A stretch of 50,357 bases of DNA from the NCBI RefSeq assembly GCF_001194135.2, contig NC_068983.1, forward strand, positions 7,392,282 to 7,442,638, in the 5' to 3' direction. The stretch's first letter is position 1; the number at the start of each line of letters is the position of its first letter. A program made the position numbers and the translations under genes. This document shows positions 37,365 to 50,357 of this stretch, piece by piece. The notes under the pieces were generated by a model. The model saw nothing but the letters and a program-made list of their open reading frames with translations. It was not told where the DNA came from and did no database searches. Source of the DNA: Octopus bimaculoides. Taxonomy: Eukaryota.

Positions 37365-37587
37365 CTTTTTTTCTTTTTATTTGTTTCAGTCATTTGACTG
37401 TGGCCATGCTGGAGCACCGCCTTTAGTCGAGCAATTCGACCCCGGGACTCATTCTTTCTAAGCCTAGTACTTATTCAATCGGATTCTTTTTGCCGAACTG
37501 CTAAGTGACGGGGACATAAACATACCAGGATCGGTTGTCAAGCAATGCTAGGAGGACAAACACAGACACAGACACAGACACACACAC

Positions 37588-37630
<43 letters not shown>

Positions 37631-37805
37631 TATATATATACGACGGGCTGCTTTCAGTTTCCGTTTACCAAATCCACTCACATGGTTTTGGTCGGCCCAA
37701 AGCTATAGTAGAAGACACTTGTCCAAGTTGCTACGCAGTGGGACCGAACCCGGAACCATGTGGTTGGTAAGCAAGCTACTTACCACACATCCACTCCTGC
37801 ACCTA
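37365..37805 (-). mobile_element. tRNA-derived SINE family A, near full-length copy with internal (CA)n/(TA)n
   Basis: Head with box A (TGGCTGTGTGG-like) and box B (GGTTCRGTCCC), a CORE-like CCTTGGGCAAG segment, an internal microsatellite, and a 3' half ending gaaacaa(g/a)taaaa. Many copies occur in the window. Confidence 0.85.
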
Positions 37806-38344
37806 TATGTCTATTTATATGGCTATAAATTTCTACAAGCATGTATGAGTGTGCATGTCTATGCATGTGTGCGTGTTACATAGACAGAAGGAGAGAAAGA
37901 GAAGAATTGGGAAAACAAGGAAAAAAGAAAGCGTAAACGAATAAGTAATATAAAAAAATATATATTTGTAAAAAATGAGAGAGGTAGAGCTGATTGGTGA
38001 GTCCATTACAAAGATCTTCAGCCGAGACATTAAAAGGTAAGATCAGCAGACTCTTATGGTATTACATTAATTCATTAGTTACGCGCGTTTCCACAAGACA
38101 GAATATACATTTCATGAATATAAACATCAATGGGTTTTATAAAAGTTGGTAGCATTGTATATTTGACGGAAGTCTCGTTAGCCTCAAGTGTCCTGTTCAA
38201 ACGCTCATCTACTCCACCTCTATGGCTATAGCTTGGAAAGATTTGTGCGCCATCAATCTGACTTTCCTGAATTCGTACCTTACAGGTGAGGGTTCCTCTT
38301 TATAGTGATTCGATTCGCTAGAAATAGGAGTCAAATACCTTTCG

Positions 38345-38740
38345 AACAATTGTTGTTGTTGTTGGCACTCCGTCGCTTACGACGTCGAGGGTTCCAGTTG
38401 ATCCGATCAACGGAACAGCCTGCTCGTGAAATTAACGTGTAAGTGGCTGAGATCTCCACAGACACGTGTACCCTTAACGTAGTTCTCGGGGATATTCAGC
38501 GTGACACAGAGTGTGGCAAGGCTGACCCTTTGAATTACAGGCACAACAGAAACAGGAAGTAAGAGTGAGAGAAAGTTGTGGTGAAAGAGTACAGCAGGGT
38601 TCGCCACCATCCCCTGCCGTAGCCTCGTAGAGCTTTAGGTGTTTTCGCTCAATAAACACTCACAACGCCCGGTCTGGGAATCGAAACCGCGATCCTATGA
38701 CCGCGAGTCCGCTGCCCTAACCACTGGGCCATTGCGCCTC
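38345..38740 (-). mobile_element. tRNA-derived SINE family C (variant C1), full length with (CAA)n tail
   Basis: The minus-strand head GGCGCAATGGCCCAGTGGTTAGGGCAGCGGACTCGCGGTCATAGGATCGCGGTTTCGATTCCC is tRNA-like. The 3' 190 nt are shared with the 19845 and 44720 copies. Confidence 0.85.
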
Positions 38741-40192
38741 TCGTCTCGAACAGTAAAATAGGAGGAGCAATTAAAGCTAAAAATTAGGCAGATTTATCAT
38801 AACTGGAAGTCTCTGATCATAGCTGACCTGGGGCTAAGTGACGACCTCGACAAGATCAACGATATCCTAAATGCCACAATGTTACATCTGCTGGGCATCT
38901 TGCCTCAACAACAGTACAGATACCTGAGTAGGACATATTTGGTTTGTATTTAACTGAAATCATCGATATTTCTTGGGTCGAATATACATAACCAACGTCT
39001 AAATATATTCGACGTCTTCTGTTTTTTTATATTTTTACGTTATTATATACTCGTTATTCGTGTTTTTTTTTTGAAAGAGTCGAAGACAAAGAGTGTCGAC
39101 GTGCCAATCTTACCATTGGCAACTGCACGGTTTCCATCACAAAGATTCTCAATCCAGACATAACATGGCAAGATCGTTGCTATGCTAGAAATAACGATCA
39201 AATCTTCAAACGTTACCCTGCCTTGCCATCAATTGTCTTATTTATCGGAGGTTAAACACCCATAGAAGAGAAGTAAATTATTAATATCCAAGATGCAAGT
39301 GAAGATGTTGAATATATCAGATGTTTCTGTGGAGGACATTAAAAGAGGGCTTTCAAATCGCATTAAAAACAAATCAAGCCATGTTATGTCTAGGATGAGA
39401 ATCTCCATAATGGATACGGCATTGCTGCCGAAGGCAAGACAGATTCATATGTCCCTTTCTGCCCATCTCCGATTTTTTTTATTACTTTCTTTCGTGAAAT
39501 TAATAAATAAACAAATAAATATCATTTTACATGTCACCTGTCACGTGTCAAATTGTACACAAACTTGTAAGACTGCAGACAAACTGCACTGTCAAATGCT
39601 TGTAAAAACGCAATAAATCTCCCGTCATTACTTGATACGCCTAAAATTTATTGACAGCCCACTGAAGTGTTACGAAATGCAGTTTGGAAACTTCTACATC
39701 ACACAGTTTTTCAACACAGTGTCTAAAATCGTACTAAGGGACACCTGTCTTTATATGTGATATGGCTTTCTTGTTAAAACAATATATAATGCCATCTGAT
39801 GGAAGGAACTTCGAAGCGATACACGATGGTGTTAAATAGTAAATATAGTTGGCAGATAGTAAATACATAAAGTTACATAGTGAATATCTATAAAGTTAGC
39901 ATTTAGGAGCGATATAAAACTGAAAAATAGTACTATATAATGCTGGGAAATTATTTATTTTGTAGGAAAACTGTATTTAACATAATCTTCAAGAGTAAGT
40001 AGTATTACTTTTGGATGTTTGTCGGAGAATATGCGCATGGTTTACATTAATGTGTTGTAAAGTTACAAATCCATTTCTATTCATATTTACATTAATATTT
40101 ATAGTCATGAAATGTATATTCCATCTGGTGTCGAAACGCACGTAACAAACAAATTAAATATAATACCATAAATTTCAGTTTTCGACTTAATG

Positions 40193-40229
<37 letters not shown>

Positions 40230-40233
<4 letters not shown>

Positions 40234-40430
40234 AATGTAACCTCGTGGACATCGGTGGCGATTTTTTCTTCCTCCGTTTTTCCCTTCTTTGGACTTTGCT
40301 TGTTTCCGACGAAGAGCTCCGCTCGAAACGTCATATTCTCTCTCTTTCCTTTCTCGAGCGTCTAGTAACACAATCTGAATCACGTCCTCACGTTGTTGTT
40401 TTTTGTTGTTGTTTTTTTGTCTTTTTCCTT
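40230..40430 (+). repeat. Dispersed repeat D, copy 2 (hammerhead-like)
   Basis: CCGACGA-A-GAGC-tcc-GCTC-GAAACG...GAGCGTC at 40306-40362. Confidence 0.65.
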
Positions 40431-40437
40431 TTTTGAG

Positions 40438-40469
<32 letters not shown>

Positions 40470-40471
<2 letters not shown>

Positions 40472-40790
40472 CGCAGGAGTGGCTGTGTGGAAAGTAGCTT
40501 GCTTACCAACCACATAATTCCAGGTATTCAGTCCCACTGCGTGGCACCTTGGGCAAGTGTCTTTTACTATAGCCTCGGGCCGACCAAAGCTTTATGAGTG
40601 GATTTGGTAGACGGAAACTGAAAGAAGCCCGTCGTATATATATGTATATATATGTGTATGTGTGTATGTCTGTGTGTCTGTGCTTGTCCTTCTAGCATTG
40701 GTTGACAGCCGATGTTGGTGTGTTTATGTCTCCGTCACTTAGCGGTTGGACAAAAGAGACCGATAGAATAAGTAATAAGCTTACAAAGAA
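40470..40790 (+). mobile_element. SINE family A copy (3'-truncated)
   Basis: ggcgcaggagtggctgtgtgg through aagcttacaaagaat. Confidence 0.85.
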
Positions 40791-40973
40791 TATATATATA
40801 TATACTTATTTTCTATTTCTTTGTTGAAAATTAGTAAATATATAATGCTGATAAATAGTATATATATATAACACCAAATAGTAAATATATGCAGATTCAG
40901 AAATGGTAAATATATACATAAAAGTGTAAATATATTAAAAGAACGTTGCGGATATTCATGTGTTGTGTGTGTA

Positions 40974-41469
40974 CAGGAATCCCTGGCCATATCGCGGTTC
41001 ACCTATCGCGCTCTCAGTACATCGCGGATCTTTCTGGCCAATGTATGTAAATTTATATCGTGGACACCTCAGTATATCGCAGGTTTCTGTGGCTGATAGG
41101 TATTGATATTTCTTTATATTTTAATTATTTCTGTGGTAAAATAAGCATTTTCATGCCTAAAAATTAATAAATTATTAAATAGAAGTAGAGTACAGGACTG
41201 TACTGTATAACACATTAATTAAAATATATTAAAAGAAAATACGTAGGGAACCGTAAATGATTAAACAAAGAATTGCACATACAGTATGGAAAACGAAACT
41301 TGGGAGGCGAGTGTGTGGTGTTGTTTGGCATTTATAATAAAATAAATATATACAAATTATAAACATAAAATAAAAATATATACTGTACAATACTGTTTCT
41401 CCTTGGCGAATTTTCACCTACCGCGGGAGGTTTTGGAACGTAACACCGGCGATAGTCGAGGGATTACTG
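40974..41469. mobile_element. pogo/Tigger-like MITE
   Basis: TA-flanked imperfect TIRs, CAGGAATCCCTGGCCATATCGCGG versus CAGTAATCCCTCGACTATCGCCGG (reverse complement of the right end). The interior is AT-rich and non-coding. Confidence 0.75.
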
Positions 41470-43179
41470 TATATTCAACGCAAAGAATTTCGACGAAAAT
41501 TTCAATCGAATACACAAATACCTGAGTTGAAAACAAAAATCTGTACTGTGGTTGAGGCCAGATACCCAGTGGATGTGAACAAATTCCTCCAAAATCGACC
41601 CGACAGGGGCTCGTGAGAAACGCCAGATGCACTTAGGCTTCACAGGGCCATGTCAGAACATTTACTCACAGCCACGTACTCACAGGTTCGAACGAGAATT
41701 CGTTGCCTCCGACATATAGGAAACGAGGAAGAAAGCATTCACTGATTTTGCGAATAATCGTTTGACCGAATAAAAATCTGTTATATGCAATAGAAGCAAT
41801 ACTAAATTAAAGCAACTATGTATGTACCATGCTTAATGTATGTACACTGTTGATAGGCCCTTTACTGCAGTATTCGTCCAGGACTAACATCTCTTACGGA
41901 CGTACTGTGTTCGAAAATACAATATACCTGTGGGAGACGAAAATTGTTCTTGCGGCAGCTGGCGAGAAAACTTCATGCGTTTCGTCCCCGTTGGACCTTG
42001 TCATGGTGTGTAGTTACAGCTGTGAAACGTCTACATTAAACTAAAGATTTTAGGATATGTGCTGATAATATGAGTGATGCAGAAGTTTGCATACTGCAAG
42101 TCGCAACTCATCAATACGCCATCGATAATTCCTAGGTGTGTCGAGGTGTAAAGGAAAATTTATTAGTTTTACGACTATTTGGCTGTAGTATTTGACACCT
42201 GACTATTTGACACCTGACTTGTGAAATGATATGGTACTTATTTGTTTATTTATCATTTTCATGAATTAGTGGGTGAAATGAAAGATTAGTAAAAGCGAAA
42301 GAGAGCAGAAAGGAGTTGGTGAGACAGCTTTAATACTGTGTCCATTATGGAAGTTTATAACCAACACAACCCAACTTAATATATTTTCAAGAATCTGTCG
42401 CCTAGTGAAAAACTAGAAACCTCTCTTTTTGTGTCTTTTCTGGCATATTATGCAGCATTTCCAGCCGCACCACTCATCTAATTTCTTTTGTTTAACCTCT
42501 GGTTGATAACACCACTAATGGCAGGGTAACTTGCTTTGAAGGAAATTTGGTCGTTATTTCTTGTGTAGCAAATCGAATAACCGGACCACATAAGAGACCT
42601 GCTCAATGATTCATATGTTAAGTTTTGATAATGTAAACTTTAAGATTTGAAAAATCTCTTTGTGGTCTATGTCGACATAAAGCTGGTATAAACAGACCAC
42701 AAGTATAAATATATTGGTTTACTGTGAACAAGAGAACATGTAGAGTTTTTTTTTTTACGTTAACTTTTTCAAGGCAACAATTTGTTACAGTCGTTAAAGA
42801 GTCAGCTAGATTACCTTATAATGTTTATCTGCTTTAGAGTTCAAATCCTGCTGAGGTTAACTTTTCTTTCTCATTCTTTCGGAAGTCGATGAAATAAAGT
42901 TCTAACCTGGGCAGTTGAGTGACAAAATGATTAGAATGTTGTGCCTCTTGAGATCTGTTGCAGCTATCTGCAAACTGAGTTCAATTCTGCTTAGATCAAT
43001 GTTATTTATCATCCTTTTCGATGGTCGATGAAATAGAGTTTCAGTCCAAAGGTGATAGAAACGTTTGACAGAATGCTTCACTAGAACTGTTCCGACTCTT
43101 CGCATTCTGAGTTCGAATTCCACATGCGCTGTTAATCTTGATATGAGATCACCACGTCACGCATATATGGTTGTAATGC

Positions 43180-43290
43180 ATGTACCCGGGTAGTCATGGT
43201 GGATATACTGGGCTTCGTATATTTTACTCCAGTGTCACTTTGATGGCATGCACTGCTCTCTCACGCAATAATAATAATAATAATAATAAT
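43180..43290 (+). mobile_element. Short 5'-truncated retroposon 3' end with (AAT)n tail (family F)
   Basis: gtagtcatg...tactgggcttcgtatattttac...gtcactttgatggcatgcactgctctctcac-(aat)n. Confidence 0.65.
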
Positions 43291-44212
43291 TTCTTTATTG
43301 ACCACAAAGGGCTTACATCAAGAAAAAAAAAAACACCTTATGCACGGCACAGGATAGAACATTGGATGTGTGAGCGCATGTATTGATGCGAGGGTTTTGC
43401 ATGCAAACAGGTTTAACGTTAGAAAACACATTGAAAACAATAACAAAAAAGAGCGGGTTCTACTCAAAGTCGCCGCCACCACCACCACCACAAGCATCAC
43501 CACCACCATCACCAACACCAACAACTGAAATTATACTAACTTTTCTTGTTGTGATATTGTATTTTATTGTTATCCCATTCTCTTAGATTCCAAAAGTATT
43601 ACTTTCAAAATGTCATATGAAGTGACGTAACGGTCACCGTTCCAAGAGAGGCTACCACTTCCTATCGATATTGACATCATTCTCAAATTTCCAATGAAAC
43701 ATTACTAAAATACCCATACATAATGTCTCGTTGGTACACACACTGCTTTTTTTTTTGTCTCCTTATCTCTTTTATGATAGATCTGTTCAGTCATCTTGGG
43801 GTCACATGGTATGTAATTAGATGGTGAGTGATGCTTTTCTAGTTTACTTCCTCATTCAATTATTCGTTCTCACTTTCGCTTCCATACACACTCTCTCTCT
43901 CTCTCTCTCACCTCTTGTCTCTCCTCATTGTCCTCATTCTCCCTCCCTCTCTCTCTCCATTTCTTTCTTTCTTTTTCTTTCCTTCTCTCTCTCTCTCTCT
44001 CCGTCTCTTACTCTGTCTGTCTATTTATGTACCTGTCTGTTTATCAACCCATCTCTTTCTCTCGCTCTCTCTCTCCCTCTCTGTACACAGACACACAAAC
44101 ACACACAAACACACACACACACACACACATATATAATATATATATAATATATATATATATAATATATATATTGTAATGTATGTACACCTCATGCATTTGT
44201 CTATATGTGTGA

Positions 44213-44290
<78 letters not shown>

Positions 44291-44719
44291 ATATATATAT
44301 ATATAATGTAATGTACACATATAGATATGTATGCATGTATGTACGTATTTTTGTAAACACATGCATTCACACTACCTCAATGCCTTTCTCTGTTTCCCCC
44401 TCTCTCTGGTTCTTTATACTTCCCTCCTTCTTCACCTCCTCCTCTCCTCATTCTCTTTCTCTCTCTCTGTCGTCACAATCCCGTTTACATCAAAGCTAAC
44501 TTGTTAAATGTCAATCTTTTGATTTAGACTGATTGAAAAGCCAACAAGTAAACATCAAACCAATGAATGAATAAATAAATAAATAAATCAATGAAACCAA
44601 TCACCAACCATTAACGATTAGGAACAACAACAAAAACAACACCAGCAACAACAACAACAACAACATTATAAACAGCGACAACGACAACAGCAGCAACAAC
44701 AACACAGTAGGCAATAAGA

Positions 44720-45040
44720 AATGTTGGCACTTCGACGGTTATGATGACGAGAGTTCCAGCTGACCCAATCAATGGAACAGCCCGTTCTAGAAATTAACGT
44801 GTAAGTGGTTGAGTACTCCGTAGACACGCGTACCCTTAGTGATGTTCTCGGGGAGATTCAGCGTGACACAGAATGTGATAAGGTTGGCCCTTTTGAATTC
44901 CAGGTATAATTCGTTTTTGCCAAAAGAGTGAACTGCGGCAACGTGAAATAAAGTGTGTTGGTCAAGGACACATCGCGCCGCCGGGAATCGAACTCGTGAT
45001 CGTATGCCAATTACCCTTACCACTAAGCCACGCGTCTTCA
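44720..45040 (-). mobile_element. SINE family C (variant C2)
   Basis: Same head, CORE-like segment and 3' body as the 19845 copy. Confidence 0.8.
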
Positions 45041-45162
45041 CCGGTTGATGTGCAGAGTGTTGGCGTTGAGGATGTTGATGTTGTAATTGTTGTGTATAGT
45101 ATCGCTGTTGGATGTTTTTGATGTTGTCGATGATAATAGTGATGTATGTTGTGCTGGTGTTA

Positions 45163-45232
<70 letters not shown>

Positions 45233-45854
45233 NNNNNNNNNNNNNNNNNNNNNNNNNNNNNNNNNNNNNNNNNNNNNNNNNNNNNNNNNNNNNNNNNNNN
45301 NNNNNNNNNNNNNNNNNNNNNNNNNNNNNNNNNNNNNNNNNNNNNNNNNNNNNNNNNNNNNNNNNNNNNNNNNNNNNNNNNNNNNNNNNNNNNNNNNNNN
45401 NNNNNNNNNNNNNNNNNNNNNNNNNNNNNNNNNNNNNNNNNNNNNNNNNNNNNNNNNNNNNNNNNNNNNNNNNNNNNNNNNNNNNNNNNNNNNNNNNNNN
45501 NNNNNNNNNNNNNNNNNNNNNNNNNNNNNNNNNNNNNNNNNNNNNNNNNNNNNNNNNNNNNNNNNNNNNNNNNNNNNNNNNNNNNNNNNNNNNNNNNNNN
45601 NNNNNNNNNNNNNNNNNNNNNNNNNNNNNNNNNNNNNNNNNNNNNNNNNNNNNNNNNNNNNNNNNNNNNNNNNNNNNNNNNNNNNNNNNNNNNNNNNNNN
45701 NNNNNNNNNNNNNNNNNNNNNNNNNNNNNNNNNNNNNNNNNNNNNNNNNNNNNNNNNNNNNNNNNNNNNNNNNNNNNNNNNNNNNNNNNNNNNNNNNNNN
45801 NNNNNNNNNNNNNNNNNNNNNNNNNNNNNNNNNNNNNNNNNNNNNNNNNNNNNC

Positions 45855-46021
45855 GATGGTGGTGTGTTTACATCCCCGTAACTTAGTGGTTCGGCAAAAG
45901 AGACTGATAGAATAAGTACTAGGCTTACAAAGAATAAGTCCTGGGGTCGATTTGCTTGAGTAAACGCGGTGCTCCATCATGGCCGCAGTCAAATGACTGA
46001 AACAAGTAAAGGAGTAAAAGA

Positions 46022-46025
<4 letters not shown>
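45855..46025 (+). mobile_element. SINE family A, 3' half
   Basis: gttcggcaaaagagac...catggccgcagtcaaatgactgaaacaagtaaa. Confidence 0.85.
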
Positions 46026-46059
<34 letters not shown>

Positions 46060-46814
46060 ACACTACTCAGTCTAATGAGTTCTTAGATTGTTTGTACCAT
46101 GTAAAATACGTTACTGATATATTTTGTTACTGTTTTATATTTATTTGCTTATGCATAAATATGAATGTGTGCCTGTGTGTGAGTGTGTGTGTTTGCGCGT
46201 GTGCATAATGTGTATGCATGTATATGTGTGTGTGTGTGTGTGTGTGTGGCAGAGAGTGAGAGAGAGAGAGAGGGAGAGACAGACAGACAAACATACAGAC
46301 AGACAGAAATAAGGTGGGAAAAGGAGAGGGGGAGTGAACGGGAGCGTTTATCAGTGTAAGCGTGTCTGATTTTCTTTATGTCTCTCTGTAAAGCCACACC
46401 ATTGCCATGCTATTCAGTTTTCATTTCTAACTCAACCTCTCAACCTTAAACTCACACAGAAGAATAGATACCAACAAAGACAAACAAAAGACAACAAACG
46501 AAATGAATCCTTTCTTATTCTCACTTGATTTTCTTTAACAATTTGAAGCCTATCCTCCACCAAAACCATACCATCTGAGACCAGATTATATTAATGTAAT
46601 ACAAATAATATGTGAGTATATGCATATATACGTACATGTATTTACATACCTACATCTACATGTATATATAGATGCATATCTGGGTACAGGACGTTGCAAA
46701 AAAACGTGGACAAAATGATAAACAGAGTACAGGAAACACTTCCTTCATCAGCTGCCACCATTCTAAAACTAAGCGTTTCGAAGAGTTAGGGCAGGATGCA
46801 TTGTTACTCCACAT

Positions 46815-47245
46815 AAGGCGACGAGCTGGAAGGATTATTAGTACGACGGGAAAAATGCTTAGCGGCGTTTCGTCCGTCTTTACAATCTGAGTTCAAATGC
46901 TTTTTATCCTTTCTGGGTCGATAAAAGCAGTATTAGTTGAACACTGGGGCTGATGTAATCGATTTATCCCCTTCATCGAAATTACTGGCCTTGTACCAAG
47001 ATTTCAAATAATTATTATTGCTGCTGTGTATAAGGCAGTGAGCTAGCAGACTCATTAGAGCGCCAGGTCATATGCTTAGCGGAATTTCGTCCGGCTTTGC
47101 GATGTACGTTCAAATTCCGCCGAGGTCAACTTTGCTTTTTTTTCGTTTCGGGGTCGATAAAATAAGTACCAGTTAAATACAGGGTTGTAGATGTAATCGA
47201 CTTACCTCCTCTCCCGAAACTGCTGTCTTGTACCAAAATTTAAAA
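46815..47245 (+). mobile_element. Two tandem SINE family B copies
   Basis: ggcgacgagctgg...gagttcaaat and ggcagtgagctagcaga...gttcaaattccgccgaggtc...ggggtcgataaaataagtacc. Confidence 0.75.
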
Positions 47246-48339
47246 CTAACATATTTATATATCCCTGAGGCCCTCTCCTGTTTTAAATCTTGCTTACGCA
47301 TACCTTGTCAAGCATATCTACCCTGCTTTGAGCCACGAAGCGAGTTTTTACATCAGCGGCTCCCAACCCGAAGCACGCGGACACCTGGGAGCAGGGCCGT
47401 TATAACAACATTACCGGAGCACCCGCTTCAGACAAAGCAATATACTAGGGCCTCTAAATTTATTTATTGACTATAAACCATAGCATTCGTAGACTGGTAC
47501 TTATTTTATCGATGGTACTTATTTGGCGAAGGCAAGGTCTTAAAATCTAAAAAATATGGACCCGAAAATTAAATTTTCCGACTAAACGGACTTTTCAAGC
47601 ATCAGGGACGCCAGAGAAAATCTATTTAAACAGAAGGGTCTTTGTTAATGGAAAGGTTGGTAAGGGTTCTAATGCTTCTGGGAGTAGCCAAATATACCCA
47701 AATTGTGCTCTACGATCTAAAGTAGGGAGAGGACACATTAGATAATGAAATCTTCGACATCATTTAAAAGTGAGGGTTGTCACGTATGGAATGACTTTTA
47801 TTAAAGGTTTCATTAAAGGTCTACTGGACCAGGGGTGATCTGGGCCTGGGCCTACATGACAAAAACATATCGTATTAAATACCATTGCGTACATTAGATA
47901 CCATTGCGACATGCTTAAGGTTTAGCAAGGAGTATCACTGCTCCACATAGTTTCTAGATCTGCTAAAAACAGTAGCCAATTCCTCTGAAACTGTGCCTTA
48001 CGATCTAAACTGGGGAGAATACACATAAGATAGTGAATCCTAAATATCATTTCAAACACAAATACTCGATGAGGGTTGACATGGGCCTACACAATACCCA
48101 CCTATCATATCATTAAGATCAGATACCGTTGCAACATACTTAAGAAATGGTCCTTAAAATCCAACAAAGGAGCGCCTATGCAGATGTTCCAACTGTTAGA
48201 AATAGCAGTTAAATAGTCACAAATCACACCTTACCTCTAAATGGATATTTCGAATCACACACCCTCAAATCGGTCCCCGCTGCCATAAAAAAAGAAACAA
48301 AGGATGCATTTGAGAATGTTCATGATATATTATGTTCAT

Positions 48340-48876
48340 TTATTCTTTTATTTGTTTCAGTCACCTGACTGCGACCATGCTGGAGCACCGCCTTTACTCG
48401 AGCAAATCGATCCCAGGACTCATTCCTTGTAAACCTAGTACTTATTCTGTCGGTCTCTTATGCCGAACCGCTATGTTACGAGGACGTAAACACACACACA
48501 CACACACACAGATATATATATATANNNNNNNNNNNNNNNNNNNNNNNNNNNNNNNNNNNNNNNNNNNNNNNNNNNNNNNNNNNNNNNNNNNNNNNNNNNN
48601 NNNNNNNNNNNNNNNNNNNNNNNNNNNNNNNNNNNNNNNNNNNNNNNNNNNNNNNNNNNNNNNNNNNNNNNNNNNNNNNNNNNNNNNNNNNNNNNNNNNN
48701 NNNNNNNNNNNNNNNNNNNNNNNNNNNNNNNNNNNNNNNNNNNNNNNNNNNNNNNNNNNNNNNNNNNNNNNNNNNNNNNNNNNNNNNNNNNNNNNNNNNN
48801 NNNNNNNNNNNNNNNNNNNNNNNNNNNNNNNNNNNNNNNNNNNNNNNNNNNNNNNNNNNNNNNNNNNNNNNNNNNN

Positions 48877-48909
<33 letters not shown>

Positions 48910-49080
48910 ATGAGACGGGCTTCTTTCAGTTTCCGTCTACCAAATCCACTCACACGGCTTTGGTCGGCCCGAGGTTATAGTAGAAAAAACTTGCCCAAGG
49001 TGCCACGCAGTGGTACCGAACCCGGAACCATGTGGTTAGGAAGCAAGCTTATTACCACGAAGCGACTCCTGCGCCTGTAT
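48340..49080 (-). mobile_element. SINE family A copy spanning an N-gap
   Basis: The 3' half lies left of the gap and the 5' half right of it. The gap replaces the internal microsatellite. Confidence 0.8.
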
Positions 49081-49104
49081 ATAAAAAGTTAAAGAACTAT
49101 ATAT

Positions 49105-49228
49105 GGATGGATGTGTGGTTAAGCAGCGTGCTTTATAACCACATGGTTTCAAGTTCAGTCCCACAGCGCGGCTTCTTAGGCACGTGTCATCAATGCCTTG
49201 AGAGTGAACTTGGCTGGCGGAAACTGCG

Positions 49229-49259
<31 letters not shown>

Positions 49260-49560
49260 CAAGTGCTACTAATTGTGTGTGTGTGTGTTTGTGTATGTAT
49301 TTGTCTTAGTACTTGTAGTCCTTTCGATACGGCTTGACAACCGGACACCGGTGTTGGTTTGTGGACATCACTGCAACTTAGCGGTTGGGCAAAAGAGAAA
49401 AGATTGAATAATTAGCAGGCCTACAAAAAAGAAGTAACAGAAAAGGAAGATAGAAAAGCAACTGGCAGAGATGTCAATTTTTTTTTCAAGGCAGTGCTCC
49501 AGTATGACCGCAGGCCAATGATTGAAATAAAGGAATGGTAACAGACAAAGAGACGCCTTT
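49105..49560 (+). mobile_element. SINE family A copy (older, degenerate)
   Basis: Recognisable head, internal (TA)n(GT)n and 3' half. Confidence 0.6.
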
Positions 49561-49668
49561 GATGATAAGTTTTGTTAGTCGCGGCTAACCTTGAACTCGA
49601 CAACAGACACAACAACACCTTACATATATCTAGCTACCCGCCATTTCGTCTTGCTGCAATGTGAGTGT

Positions 49669-49706
<38 letters not shown>

Positions 49707-49707
49707 T

Positions 49708-49754
<47 letters not shown>

Positions 49755-50149
49755 NNNNNNNNNNNNNNNNNNNNNNNNNNNNNNNNNNNNNNNNNNNNNN
49801 NNNNNNNNNNNNNNNNNNNNNNNNNNNNNNNNNNNNNNNNNNNNNNNNNNNNNNNNNNNNNAGATCCATATTCTATTTATTTACCATCCTATGTCAACAT
49901 TTCTGTGCCCAAAACTATCCAGCGACTGATCCATTGGATGTCTGACGTTTAGCACTTCCTCAGGAATGGTTTACATCAGAACAAATTACGAAAAAACACA
50001 CAAATAACGATCATAATAAATTATTAAATTATTAAAAGTTCGTTAGCTTCAAAATCCGCCATGTTTTTTCCTGTTATATATATATATATATATATACACA
50101 CGCCAGTAATACGCTATGTTGGACCGTTGAACTCTACACTGCTTTTTAT

Positions 50150-50330
50150 CTCTCTCCGTTTTTATTCATTCTCCTCCATTCCTCCCCCCTCTTATTCCTT
50201 TCTGTCGAAGAGCGTGGGTTCGAAACGTAAAAGACTTTTCCATTTATTCTGAGCGTCAAAATAATACACCTGCCGGCTGTTCCTACATTCGTCGTTGTCT
50301 TTTCTTTTTCTGTAAATTTGAACTCTCTCT
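50150..50330 (+). repeat. Dispersed repeat D, copy 3 (hammerhead-like)
   Basis: CTGTCGA-A-GAGC-gtgg-GTTC-GAAACG...GAGCGTC at 50202-50257. Confidence 0.65.
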
Positions 50331-50357
50331 CCCTACCCCTCTCTCCCCCCCCCCCTC

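Noticed and set aside
38660-38740. tRNA-like heads of SINEs as functional tRNA genes
   Set aside because: They continue directly into SINE bodies and lack an intact acceptor stem and terminator.
39293-39616. 107-aa non-repetitive ORF
   Set aside because: No recognisable domain or splice context, and the length is compatible with chance.
41560-42050. Unique, moderately GC-rich stretch with minus-strand donor-like sites
   Set aside because: Translations in all frames I tried gave no recognisable protein.
47350-47620. hAT-like termini (CAGCGGCTCCCAACC, CAGGGCCGTTATAAC)
   Set aside because: Only single ends are visible, with no matching TIR or TSD.
48221-48232. AAATCAC Gfi1 autoregulatory site
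   Set aside because: It is a partial match only (lacks the WGCA end) and sits inside repeat family E.

Overview
Eukaryotic (metazoan) scaffold sequence: AT-rich, full of microsatellites, with about 18 N-gaps (roughly 5 kb). The SINE and microsatellite landscape resembles a coleoid cephalopod (Octopus-type) genome; this taxonomic call is an inference. One protein-coding gene is supported: a + strand Gfi1/Gfi1b/senseless-family C2H2 zinc-finger repressor. Proposed CDS is join(14653..14758,16456..17730,20573..20814), 1623 nt or 540 aa, with two phase-1 GT-AG introns. It encodes a divergent N-terminal SNAG-like peptide (MPCSLVIKK), a Ser/Asn low-complexity middle and six Gfi1-type fingers. The rest is intergenic or intronic. 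It contains at least three tRNA-derived SINE families, Tc1/mariner and pogo/Tigger-type MITEs with TA target duplications, hAT and Helentron-like remnants, a decayed RTE LINE 3' end and a decayed Penelope-like (GIY-YIG) fragment. It also contains several hammerhead-ribozyme-like motifs. The best leads are the substituted SNAG motif, the repeat architecture around the SNAG exon, a 66-bp intronic inverted repeat and the hammerhead-like repeat family. No prokaryotic-type system, CRISPR array or rRNA is present. Repeat boundaries were read by eye and are approximate.
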